Source: Podarcis muralis
Taxonomy: Eukaryota
Direction of reading: 5' to 3'
DNA length: 64,000 bases
Assembly (NCBI RefSeq): GCF_964188315.1
Contig: NC_135661.1
Coordinates: forward strand, 58,528,001-58,592,000
Notes under the pieces: model-generated
What the model was told of the DNA's origin: nothing
Databases searched by the model: none
What the model saw: the letters and a program-made list of their open reading frames with translations, nothing else
Shown here: one piece after another, positions 1 to 11,707 of the stretch
Position numbering within the stretch: position 1 is the stretch's first letter
Layout of the letters: every line of letters starts with the position of its first letter
Made by a program: the position numbers and the translations under genes

Positions 1-299
1 TTAACCAAAGGCGTTTAACCATTCAAGAGTCCCAGTACACAGAGACCAAGTGTTTCTTGTTCAGCAGCCCCGGATGGCTCGCTGGGTTTCCAGCCAAATC
101 CACGCAGCACACCGTGTCTTGGCCCAGCTCCGCCTCGGGGCTTACCTATTCTCCAGCTAAGCCCTCACTTTCCAGCTTTGAGGGCGAGAAAGGAACCGCA
201 CCATTAAAACCAAGGCGGTTCGGAGCTGCAGCAGCAGCGGTCGTTGACCTTTTGAGCAGAACAGAGCCCGGCGAGGGAGGCCCGTCTCGAGGGGCTCCT

Positions 300-1900
300 C
301 CAGTAAGTGCCCATTTCGCGTGGCTCCTTTGGGCTTCGAGAGGCGCGCCCGCCTGGAGCCGCCTTCGAGACCCCGGGGAGGCGAGCGCGCTTGCGCCCAC
401 TGGAGAAGCGGGGGGCAGCCGGGCGCCCAGCTGGGGCTGGCAAGGCGAGGCGGCGGAGGAGGAGGCGGCGGCGGAGGGGAGGGGGAGGCGCCCGCGCCGT
501 CGGCAGGCGCAGAGCGGCGTGCGCGCCTGGCCCCTGCCGCGCTCGCTGCGTTGCCCCTTTAATTGTGTCCCCAGCCCTCGGGCGTCTCTCTCCAACGCCC
601 ACGTCAGCAACTACCTTTTGTTTCTCTCCCGGCCGGGCTGCTCAGCGCTTTGGGGCGGCGGCGCCCGGCGAGGTTTCGCGCCCTCACCCGTCGAACCCCG
701 AGCCAGCGCCGCTTGCAGAGCCCCGCCGCCCCGCGAACGCCCGCCTCGCCGCCGCCCAGCCCGTGCCTCTGCCGAGCGGTAAGTCAGCGGCGCCTCCGCG
801 GCAGCGCCAGCAGGCCGAGCAGGGCGTCCTCCGGGCTGAGGCGGCTCTAGAGTGAGCCGGGCGCGCCTCTGCTTCCCCGGCTAGCGGAGGATGTCCGGCC
901 GCGCTGCCTCTCCCCCCTCCTGCGCGGCGCCCCAGTCGGGCAGCGCCCGGCCAGCCCCGTCAGGCGGGCGCCATTTGCTGCCGATGCCGCCCCGGGCGCG
1001 GCGTTCGGCTCGCAACAAAGGGCTGGCGAGGGACCGACAGAGTCCTCCCTGCCGCGCGTGCGGAGCTCCGAGCCGGGCAGGGGCACCTTCTGCGCCCGGG
1101 CATCGAGTGGCGGCGGCGGCAGCGGGAAAGGCCACGCTAGGCAGCCCGGCTGCGGCGACGGCTGGGAATTCCGCATCGCCTCCCGGCGCCCTTCCCAGGA
1201 AAGGCGGGCGGGCGGGCGGGCGGGTTGGGTGGTGGTGGCGGTGGTCCTCCTCCCGGCAGGGCGCGCGGACCGGTCCCCCTCTGGAGGCGACGCCGGGGAT
1301 CGGTCCCTGGTGACTTGGCGGGCGCGCCTCCAGCGCCGTCGGGCGTCCCTGGCTCCCGATGGCCGAGCCTCTAGCTCGGGGTGGGCGGGCGAGAGACTGA
1401 CGGCGCCCTCTGCCAATGTGCGGCGCTGGCGCCCCTTGTGCTGCCGGGCAGGGCTAGGGGAGGACCGGCGCTGCCGCGGTGTCAGCCGCCTGCTCGGAGG
1501 CAGCTCCTCTGATTGCAGCTTCCGCGCCGCCGCCTAGGCGCCCTTTCTGGCGGCCAGCGCGGCGCACCTGGCGAGCGGAGGGTCAGCCCTGCCGGTGGAT
1601 GCGGGTCTGCGACGAGAGGGAGGCGGCGGGAGCAGTGGCTCCCGCCGGCCCCTGAACGCCACACACTCGGCATGCCAGCAAGTCCCGTTTCCCCACTTTT
1701 CGCCTCCAGGCTGGAAGGACGCCTGTCGTCTCGGGGGCCCGGATTTGGCGAGCGGAGTCTCCAGTTGCTGACCTCTGCGCTAGAGTCGCGGAGCCCCGCG
1801 GTGCGAAGGGCTGGGGCGCTGAGCGGTGTGACAAGGCGTCGCGCTGCTAGCTGCGGGCTTGGAAAGCAGCAGTCCAACCCAACTGGCGTGCCCGTTGCAG
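300..1900. promoter_or_regulatory. CpG island / ZBTB8A promoter with probable non-coding first exon
   Basis: Very GC- and CpG-rich. Strong + strand donor CG|GTAAGT at 779-784 and a second GTAAGT at 303. YY1-like GCGCCATTTG near 969. Lies upstream of the ZBTB8A acceptor (polyT-TAG ending 3583). Confidence 0.8.
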
Positions 1901-2949
1901 GTGAAGCCCAGATCGGCTGCCTTGGGAATAGCGATCCAGCTGGCTACTGTCGGGACTGAGAAGCAAGCGCCAGCCCCCTCCCCCCCCCCCCCCACGACAC
2001 AAACGGGGCATGCAATTAGGGCATAACGGGGTGAGGGACAACTTCCATGTGACAGTTTGATGATGGGAAGAAAGTAGTGATTGCTTAGGAATGGTGGGTT
2101 GCGCTTGCTGGACCTCTAAATAATGAGAGCTTGCAATGTTAGGCAAACTGGCCTTGCATGTGATTCCGGTTTCACAAGCTGTGTGAGGGGATGCAAACCT
2201 GTTGGCATTTAAACCAACTGACCTTACTGCTCTGGGGTTTCATGTAGGCAGATGTTGTGAGTCTGGGGGCTTCCAGACAGGGGCTTAATTTGCAAACTGG
2301 TTGTTGACAGCAGGGTTTCTCTCCCCCCCCCCCCCACAATTTATTGGATTTCCCCCAGAATGGGTAAATCCAGATTAAAGTGGGTGGGAGGAATACAGAC
2401 TGCCATTTTGATGCCGTATTTTATCTAGAAAATTCAAACAAGCAATTGAAATGTGCCTGCTTGAGGAGTATCCATCTCACAGTCATCACCCAGAGAGATT
2501 CAGTCTCTTATATGTGGCCAAAATGTCCAGCTCATCATAACTGAGGTGAAGGACACTGGCTCCTTCCATCATGCTCAGCTCCACAGAGGCAAAGATGCTG
2601 GTGTACAACCGTGCCCTTATGGTGCAGCTATTTTTTGGGCTCTGGATACACAAGTTAGGAAGCTGCTACAGGTGCGAGAGAAAATGCTGTGTACTGAGCA
2701 CCCCTTTCCTGGCCCCTCTGGATGTTGATGGACTCCAAATCCCATCAGCCCCAGTCATCGAGGATGATGGGAACTGTAGTCCAGCAACATCTGAAGGGCT
2801 GCATATCCCCCACACCTCATTCAGAAGTACTTAAGAGTTTCAGGGGGACTCTGGTTCAGACCAGGTGTGATGTGAAGTGCCTCTCAGTACAGTATTATTG
2901 TACATTTAAATGTTTTATCTTCTCCCTTAGTTCTAAAAAGCTCAAGCAA

Positions 2950-3108
2950 GCGTACCTCTATTTTATCCTCATAACAACCCTGTGAGGTAGGTTAGCTGAC
3001 AGAGAAAGTGACCAGCTCCAGCTCCCAGTGAGCTTCATGACCAATTGGGGATTTTTGAACCTGGGTCTCCCAAGCTGCACCCCAGCACTCCAGCCAGCAC
3101 ACAACACT
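2950..3108 (-). mobile_element. CORE/MIR-like SINE fragment
   Basis: ATCCTCATAACAACCCTGTGAGGTAGG core-like segment, also seen at 55021-55050 and, related, at 63030-63050. Confidence 0.6.
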
Positions 3109-3282
3109 GATTTGTATTTATTTTTACTTGAATTCAGTTGCAGAAATGACCATGTTGGTAACTACAGTATGTTTGAGACCATAGCCTGGGGCAGATTAGC
3201 CCTTTCACTGCCCTGCCCCACTAAAGACACTAAAAACAGGCCAACCAGTAGTGGACAGTTCTTGGAAGTGTGCTGGTCAGTG

Positions 3283-3420
3283 GTGGAGCATGTGCTTTGC
3301 ATACAGAAAGTCCCTGGTTCAATCCTTGGCATCTCCGAGTTGGGCTGGGAAAGGCTCCCATTCGCTACTCATTGCAGACAAGACTTGAGTAAAGTTGTCT
3401 AATGGTCTGACCTCCCAGTG
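3283..3420 (+). mobile_element. tRNA-Ala-derived SINE (Squam3-like), decayed
   Basis: CAGTGGTGGAGCATGTGCTTTGCATACAGAAAGTCCCTGGTTCAATCC head followed by the body shared with the copy at 5573. Confidence 0.65.
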
Positions 3421-3605
3421 GCACCTTCCCAATGCTCACATCCAGTTTGGCCCTTGAAGATTGCATTCTGTCACTGACCATCTTGTGCTCCACCATGTCT
3501 CTGTGAATGACTGATAATCTTGCAGCTGCGGTTTATATGTTGCCAACAGAGACCTGTTTATTCTTTTTTTTTTTTTTTTGTAGAGCAACACAACCCTGTT
3601 TGAGA

Positions 3606-6600
3606 ATGGAGATTTCTTCCCATCAGTTTCATCTCCTGCAACAATTAAACGAACAGCGCAGGCAAGACTTATTTTGTGACTGCAGCATTTTGGTTGAGGG
3701 GAAGGTCTTCAAAGCCCACCGGAATGTGCTGTTTGCCAGTAGTGGCTACTTCAAAATGCTCCTTTCACAGTGCTCAAAGGAAACCAGTCAACCAACAACC
3801 GCAACTTTCCAGGCATTTTCTCCCGAAACATTTTCCGTGATCCTGGATTTTGTATATTCAGGCAAACTCTCCCTCACTGGCCAGAATGTGATTGAGGTCA
3901 TGTCAGCTGCCAGCTATCTGCAAATGACTGATGTTATTAGTGTTTGCAAGACATTCATTAAATCCTCCTTGGACATCAGCGAGAAGGAAAAAGATCGCTA
4001 TTTTAGTCTCTCGGACAAGGAAGTGAACTCGAATGGCGTGGAGCGTTTATGCCTGTATGGGACTGGGTGGAGAACGGAGAGCAGTCCCCCTCATTCGCAC
4101 TTAAGCCCAGATCAAGGGACATGTATAGTGGGTGGAAATTCTTGGACCAATTTCAATTATTATCCAGCCACTCAGAGAAATGCCCAACAGCTGTCCAAGC
4201 ATGACCAAAGGCAAGAACCCATGAAGAAAACCAGTAGACATATAGGGCTGCCACAACCCTCCGATGTCCCTCACTATAAGGCAAGTAAACTTGAAGAGCG
4301 AGTTTCAGAGCCTATAAGCCACACTTCTCCATCTGAAGAGGACGTCCAAATTGATTCAGAAGGTGACTCTGGCCATTCCAGCTACCAGTACGGCCAGGGA
4401 TCCGACACCGTCCCCAGAGGCTCGGCTGTGTCACAGCAAGAGCATGATTCTCCACACCCTGCTGGCAAGTCAAAATCTTCCAAAGGGGATGAGCCATACC
4501 CTAGCATGCCCTCGGTATTGGGTGTGATGGGGAACTGGGCAGATGGTAAGGATATTAATTTAGCATACAGTCAGTGGTCTTCTTGGCCCTTGGCTGCATA
4601 AAAGTTTATTATTTTACCTTTTAAAAATGAGTGTCCTTTATCGGAGGTGAACTAAATTTTGCATGCAAGGAGAATGATTCAAATGGATCCAGCTATCATA
4701 ATTGCAACAATGACCTCATTGTGTGTTGAGCAGTCTCCTTTTTCTGTTCAGCTTACTCAAGGTAGAGGTCAAGTTTTGTGGGATACGGTTTTGACGACAT
4801 GAAAAATAAAACTGCTTCTTGCACCCGCTGAAATCCTTCATTTTTGTGTTTGGGCTTGTGGTACCTGAAGCAGATTTCCTCCCCTCTCTCCCTGCAGCCA
4901 AGGGCCTGCACTTTTTAAAAAGTCTTGCTGCACCACTGAGGCACCAGTTCTTCCCTCCATCTCTTCCCCCATCGTAATGCCACCTGTAGCAAGATGCTTC
5001 TTCTCCCCGCTGCCTGGCAGGGCCAGTTGTGGTGCCACCCTCCTCAGTAAGATCATAATTTATTAGCAGTGCTTCCTAGGATTGTGTGTGTTCTTTCAAT
5101 AAAGCATATCTGCAACCCAGCTCTTTTGCTTTGTGCTTTCTGCACTGGTGGCAAGGAAGACTGGGTCTTGCTTAATTTCCAGTGGGGCTGTTATGGGAGA
5201 CAGAAAAAAATACATCTCTTACACCACTTTTGCGGAGAGAGTGCAGAGTGGGGAAGGCTTTTCCCACTCTGCAGAAGAGGGCTTGGTGTAGCCCCAAGGA
5301 AGTATTGCTGTCTGAATCAGATGACCAAATGCCTCCCACCAACACCACCACTTGGACTAGTGCTTTAAAGGTTTTGCTTGACCATTCAGATATCAGTTCC
5401 ATCTGTTCCCCTAAATTGTATAGCCTTTGCTGTATGGTAAGGCCAGCCATGATGGAGCAGGGGAACTGCCCCTGGCAAGGAGATTCATAAAGCCCCTTCA
5501 AGAGGGCTCTGTGTGTTCCGGTGACTGCAATGTGCAAGAGCAGAATGCCGTATTGGGTGCACAACAGAAGGGCTGTAGCTCAGTGGGTGTAAAGCACATG
5601 CCCTGCATGCACGAGGCCCCAGGTTCGATCCTTGGTGTCTCCCTTTAGAGCTGGGAAAGATTCCCACCTGAAACCCTGGAGAGCTGCTGGCCTGTAGACA
5701 ATACTGAGCTAGATTGACTGGTCTGATTCTACATAAGGCAGCTTCTTGTACTAAATTCAGCATCCTGAAAATCCTAAAAAGGTGAAAGTGTGTGGGTCTC
5801 AGAATCCAGAGTGTTGCTGGACATGGTCTCTTGTGGTTGCATGGTGTTGGGGCAGGACCCGACAGAGTTCACTACAGCTTCTAATAACTAGCAGCAGCAA
5901 GATTGGGTAGAATAAACACAGGCAGATTAAGTAAAATTGCATAATTTATACCCATTGCAGAACTTTAAAAAAATAATAATAATAATACAGTGTTTGCAGT
6001 CTTGAAGTCAGTTACTTTATTTTGACCAAAAGTGTCACTGTGCTAGGCGTGTTACAATTTTTGCAGCATTTTAAAAGCATTGCTTGGTACTCACAGATGA
6101 TCTGCCTAGGATGAGGTTCAAATGCCCCTTCTGCACTCACGTGGTAAAGCGGAAAGCAGACCTGAAGCGCCACCTTCGCTGCCATACGGGAGAACGGCCG
6201 TATCCGTGTGAAGCATGTGGAAAGAGATTCAGCAGGCTGGATCACCTGAGCAGCCATTTCCGAACAGTACGTTGGCACATGTTGTATTTTGAGATGATAC
6301 ACCCCCGGTAACTACTTAATATAGAGATGCATTGACTTGCATCTGTCTGTTTTTAGGAAACTTGCTTTATTCTGACGCCGGGCTTGTCTACATATCTAAT
6401 TTCCTAGGAGGACCTATTTCTCAGTATGCCTCAAATCTTAATCCCAATGGGGCCAGGACCTAAACAAAAAAATGTTAATATTGGTGTGATTCAGCCACAG
6501 TAAATCTCTTTGAATGCCCTTTAATTTCAGTGGTAGAGTTCACCATATGCTGGGTGTCTCCCACTGAAGCCAATAGAATGGCAAAGTGATAGTTAAACTC

Positions 6601-8751
6601 TGGAACTCACTCTCACAGGAGGCAGTGGTGACCACCAACTTGGATGGCTTTAAAAGAGGAATAGACAAATGCATGGAGTGGGCTCTCGATAGCTACTAGC
6701 CATGATGCTTATGCTCTGCCTCCACAGTCAGAGGCAGCAATATTCCTGGAAGCCATAGGAGGCCAGAGGGCTCTAGGGCTCTGGTCCTTCTCATGGGTTT
6801 CCCATAGGCATTTGGTTGGCCACTGTGAGAACAGGATGCTGGCCTAGATGGGCCACTGGCCTAATTCAGCAGCAAGGCTCTTCTTATGTGGTCAACTTCA
6901 GCTGGATCATGCCCTATATTGTTTCTACTGAATTTCTAGAGTGCCCTGTCTTGAGAGCTAAAGGCAGAAAATCCTAACATGATGATAAAAATGTGTGAGT
7001 AAAATGCCTTGTAACACGAATGTGATATGATGAGTAAAATTGCACAATATAAAACATTGTACCGTTTCTTTTCTGCCTACCTTAATCTAAGCAACCATTT
7101 CTCCACCACCATCCGGAATTTTCACTTTCAGTGATTTAAAGAAATACAAAATACACAAGTACATATTCTACGGAATTTATTGCTCAGTTAATCACTTAGT
7201 ACCTTCCCCCTTTCTTCTTCCTGTTGCAATAGATGCTTATTGTGGATTACTGAAATTATAATAAATAAAAAAACTTGAGTGAATAGACATAATCATGTAG
7301 GGCTGCTGATAGGTGGCACAGGGGGTACTAATGCACTGGACCCTATAGCCAGCAGGAGCCCCAGAGCATTCATTAAAAAAAGTATGTGTCTAGCCCTTTT
7401 AGAAAAAATGTTTTGAAGCAAAATGTGCAGGTATCCTTATAAGTGATATCTGTGAGATGTTCCAGTCTGGCTGCTCCTGACTTTCAATGAGTAAAGTCAG
7501 AGCTGGAATTGATGAGTTAGTTGTTGGGACACCAGGCTATAGGACTCTAAAGAGCTGCTGTTTTTACCTTTAGTGTACTTTTCTTGTCCCCCCCCCCCCT
7601 ATATTCCAGTGCTCTTTCCTTTTTTCCCTAGCAGCCAGCAATTTCCTGTGGTGGGCTTGTCTGAGATCAGATACTCCCTAGATGTTATTTTCTATAAATA
7701 CTACTATACAATAACTGTGTGTGGATGTTAAACTCTGCCCCCAAATGACATGTAAGATGTGAAGCCTTTGCAACGAGGCATAGGCAGCAGAGCTGAAGAC
7801 TTAAGATCTCACTAAGAATAAAATGTAACTTGCAGTACAGCACTGTTCATGTCTCCTGAAAGCCTCTTTGTGTTTAACTGAGCAAACCCACTGCTTAGCG
7901 GGCACAGTATTGCAGCCTAGGCTTTGGTGTAGGGTGGGCATTGGGAGAATTCAGTGTTCTTCTGCCTTTAACAATTGTGGGGTAGGCAAGTTAAACATTT
8001 TCTAGTATGGAAATACAATTATGGGAACAGCTTCACTTACGGGTATAGGGCGATACACAAATTTAATAAATAAATAAATAAATATGGGTACACAAGGGAG
8101 TAATTTGTAAGAGAGCACAGTATGTGAAGTGATACAATGATTTTACCACTACACACTGTGGATGTTAAAGCAGGAAGTTACCTTAGCTCACAGTTTCTGT
8201 GCCTTGGGGATCATGAATTAATTTTGAATAGCCATATCTTGAACCGAAATGATTTTTTGTATCCCGGAATTCTTCCTTTTCACCACGCTAGGCTGCCTGG
8301 ATTAAATTTTAGTAGCTGCCTCTCGATACTGAGAGCATTGCTGTATGGAAGGGGAACAAATCATTTTTCTATTTCCCTTTTGAGCAGTGATCAGCATTCT
8401 CCCTTTCAATTTTCACAGATCCATCAAGCTTGCAAGCCCATCTGCAGAAAATGCAAGCGTCACGTGACTGAGATGACGGGGCAAGTGGTCCAAGAAGGGA
8501 CGAGGCGCTACAGACTTTGCAATGAGTGCCTCTCCGAAGCTGGCATAGACAGCATCCGCATTGATTTGGACACTGAGCCACCACCTGAGTTCCCGCTAGA
8601 AGAGGACAAGGATTCTAACTGGAATTACGGTGAAGACAACAGATCCGATGTGGAAATTGTAGAGGACGGGTCTACCGATTTGGTCATCCAGCAAGTGGAC
8701 GATAGCGATGATGAAGCTGAGGAAAAAGATATAAAACCAAACATTAGGTAG
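3606..8751 (+). CDS. ZBTB8A: Zinc finger and BTB domain-containing protein 8A, 480 aa; exons 3606-4545, 6097-6266, 8419-8751
   Basis: N-terminus [26 protein letters not shown] (BTB domain). Two C2H2 fingers, [21 protein letters not shown] and [23 protein letters not shown]-terminus [12 protein letters not shown] sites give phases 1 and 0; total 1443 nt in frame. Confidence 0.97.
5570..5750 (+). mobile_element. tRNA-Ala-derived SINE (Squam3-like)
   Basis: A box TAGCTCAGTGG and B box GGTTCGATCC, then GGGAAAGA..CCTGAAACCCTGGAGAGCTGC..GTAGACAATACTGAGCTAGA body. Further copies near 21750, 42080(-), 57785 and 62650. Confidence 0.7.
6612..6889 (+). mobile_element. CR1 LINE 3' fragment
   Basis: GGCAGTGGTGACCACCAACTTGGATGGCTTTAAAAGAGGAATAGACAAAT (CR1 ORF2 end) followed by a 3' UTR ending TTCTTATGT. 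Confidence 0.6.
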
Positions 8752-10179
8752 TTATGAATGGACTGGATGTTAAATAAAAGTTCCCCCTTTACGTTGTCAT
8801 TCCTTTGTTTTGACCATTGACTCCCAACCAGCCTGTGGTTAACATACAATCTATTATATAGGCTTTCTATGACTTGGGCTAAACTTGCATGCATTTATGG
8901 ACATGCCATTGTGTCTATATTGAATTTAGTTACTCAAGGGTATCAATATTTTGTTCCATAAGCAAGCATACATCCTGAGATGGTACCATGTATGAACAAT
9001 TACCTGCTGAAGTGCGACAGTGATAACTTTTGATAGAATAAAATGGATCTCTTCTAAAACCTTTTTCAATGTTGGGGAGCACTTCAAAATAAAGTTAACA
9101 GCTTCATTGTAAGTTACTCTATTAAAGCTTTTGACAGCGTGAGGGTTTTGTTTTTTAAAAACTGCAAGCATAACAAGGTGCAAAGATAATTAATTTATAT
9201 TTAAATATACACAGTCACACACACTGCAATCCTATGCATGTCTACTCAGAAGCAAGCAAGTTAAATGGAGCCTTTTCCTAGGTGAATGTACATAGAATGC
9301 ATAGAACTGCAAATGTTGCTAGATCACCCAGCTATTTGAGTTGTTGCCTTGTTCTAACCTGGCACATCGCTCCCATCCCCCATTCTTCCAAAGGAAATTT
9401 AAGTGGAGAACAATGCATAATCCTTCTCCAAAATGCACAACTTCCTTCAGATGATTATTTACTGAGAAACATTAGGGTAATTCAGCCTTTCAGAACCAAC
9501 TCTCTTGATTTCAACATCTTTGAAAAGCCAGCTTTTTTATGTCTTGCAAGCAGCAGTCACTATTTTCAAATGCAGAACCAAAACATGTGGCAATTCAAAT
9601 GTTTCTTTGAAGTTCTTTGTGCGTACCCATCTTTGCCCACCCATTTTTCAAACTGGATATTTTAAACCTGCACTATCACTAAATTTGAAACGGGTACCAA
9701 TGTTCTATCAATTCATCTCACAGTGTGACCCTTTTAAATAAATCGCTATAATTGGTTCATTTACAGAAGGGAGTCTTGAGTCAAAGGGTGCTTCCAGATG
9801 GGTGCTTGCTGTACTATGGGTGTTCCACATGCATTTCTTTTTATTTTTTTGCAGCATCCACATGCTGGCATCAAAATGCCAGCTATATTTTTTGCCATTT
9901 AGTTGTGATTTACCCTTTCTAGGAAAAATCAGGTAAGTTATTTTTAAAAAACACCACTGTTGCTAGTGCCATGTTTATGATATCTGAATAACCCATTTAC
10001 AGCATTGCCTAGAAGCACCCTAAAGAAAGCATATTGAGTAAGCAACATGGTATTCCAGAATCAAGCTATAAGCAGGATGTGGGAAGCAGGTGAATCTTCT
10101 GAACATATTTATTTTCCTCTTGAAATGCGGCTGCTGGGGGCTCTGATTCCTGTGCTGTATGACAGGGAAGCTCCTATAG

Positions 10180-10307
10180 CAGGCATAGGCAAACGGCCCG
10201 CTAGATGTTTTGGGACTACAACTCCCATCAGCTAACAGGACCAGTAGTCAGGGATGATGGGAGTTATAGTCCCCAAACATCTAGAGGGCCGAGTTTGCCT
10301 ATGCCTG
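10180..10307. mobile_element. hAT-type MITE (palindromic)
   Basis: TIRs CAGGCATAGGCAAAC / GTTTGCCTATGCCTG with a perfect 8-bp TSD TCCTATAG (10172-10179, 10308-10315). Confidence 0.9.
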
Positions 10308-10689
10308 TCCTATAGCGTTCCCATTTGATGGTCAGGGAGGCTTGCAGCACCTATTCCAGACAGGCTTCCTTGGCGCACGTGCAGGCAGCCCCGAACAGCT
10401 GAAGTTGCAAGTGTGGAAGGGAGGAGAGGAGCTGAATTAGGCGTGGACTGTTTACGCTCCATTCATGAATTTATATACCTCGCCTTTCTGCAACAGCACA
10501 CGAAAGGCGGAACGAAAAAGGTGCCGAATAAGAGATGAACGATGCAACCTGAAACCATGACCGAATGCACCCTAAAAACAAAACCAACCAACGAAACAAA
10601 ATGCAGTTGAAACCTAACAAGCCGCAGCTGTAAACGCAAGTAGCTCAATCCAAGACTGAGCATTTGGGGGTGGAGGGTGTTTCTCCTCC

Positions 10690-10995
10690 AGCTCCTCTTT
10701 CTCCCCACAGCTTTAAATCCAACCTGCCCCGCAACGGTGCTAAGGCAGGGAGGGCAGCCTGGACCTTGGCTTCGTTTTCTCCGTAGCATCATCGGGGGGT
10801 GGGGGATCGCGGGGGTCAGTAGGCGAGGCTGAAGCGCAGCCGGGAGAGGAGACTATGTCTTAAAGGGGCGCGTTGCCCCTTTAAACGCCGCCCCTGCACC
10901 TCTTTCTCCGACGCCCACACCCGCGTTGGGAGACACCCCCCACCACGACCCACGAAGAAAGAACAAGGCTCCCTGCTGCAAGCGATCGGCCCCTG
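10690..10995 (+). promoter_or_regulatory. Small CpG cluster, candidate promoter / 5' UTR exon of the ferritin gene
   Basis: Local CpG enrichment about 1.8 kb upstream of the ferritin ATG. Possible donor CCT|GTGAGG at 10995. Candidate acceptors end at 12680, 12729 and 12747, just before ATG 12750. Confidence 0.4.
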
Positions 10996-11359
10996 TGAGG
11001 CTGGTGGCTGCAGTGTCCTGGTTTCTGACATTTCTCTCCCACGCTCCTTCCAGGGGGGGGGGGCTTTCCTGGCTGTCTTCCAGCCACTGACCAGTCCAAA
11101 ACCAGCTGAGCTTCTGCCACGCGTAGCGTCCCCGCGGCTCAACCTCCCAGCCTGTGTCCACCCCAGGAAGGAATCGATCTCACGCACTGTTTCTCTTTCC
11201 TGCAAAAGGGACTGTCATTGGGTTTTTGGGTCGACAGCACCGGCGCCCTCGGAGGAGGCCCCTAGAGGAAGAGCGAAGAGGGTCTTTCCCGCCAACCCCA
11301 CCTGCCACTTGCCCCGTCGTGGCTGATTCTAGAGGACCCAGCTGTGTGGCTGGCAGCAC

Positions 11360-11707
11360 CTAGTGTTGGTGATGGACCGGGACCATTGCCCGGCCACCTG
11401 GCCTCCCTCCCCTCCCTCAAACACCCGGTAATTCAACATCTACTAGCCAGGATGGCTGCTGCCCATTGGGACCGGTAGGGCAGAAGGCAGGGAGCCCAAC
11501 AGTAGGTGGCGCCAGAGCCAATGACAAGCAGAGCCAATTCATACTAGTTTTGTCTTTCTCCTCCTCCCTGCTGAGTTTTGCAAAGGCAGCACTCAGACTA
11601 AGGAGGGGGGGACTGGCTGGCAGTGCCCCCCTCTGGACTAGTTGTAAATAAGAAGGCAGAGAGGTGGGGCAGTGTCCCATCAGCCCCCTTGGGCCAGCCT
11701 CCACTAG
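11360..11707. repeat. Dispersed repeat (non-autonomous DNA-transposon-like) carrying a CTCF motif, copy 1
   Basis: 11481-11625 aligns by eye with 13051-13207. CAGTAGGTGGCGCC at 11500-11513. Ends in CCAGCCTCCACTAG. Confidence 0.55.

Noticed and set aside
57-1995. Many long overlapping ORFs on both strands
   Set aside because: Stop-poor GC-rich CpG island. The translations are low-complexity Ala/Arg/Pro/Gly with no recognisable domain.
3507-3605. N-terminal extension of the ZBTB8A ORF (likewise 8137-8418 and 4546-4601)
   Set aside because: Intronic read-through. A polyT acceptor, canonical splice sites and homology place the start at 3606.
5570-5645. Possible tRNA-Ala gene (also tRNA-Ile-like at 20331)
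   Set aside because: Stems are mismatched, there is no T-run terminator, and each continues into a SINE body found in several copies.
11011-11675. CAGTGN hexamers as possible IRE loops (11011, 11621, 11670)
   Set aside because: None has a 5-bp upper stem or the C bulge.
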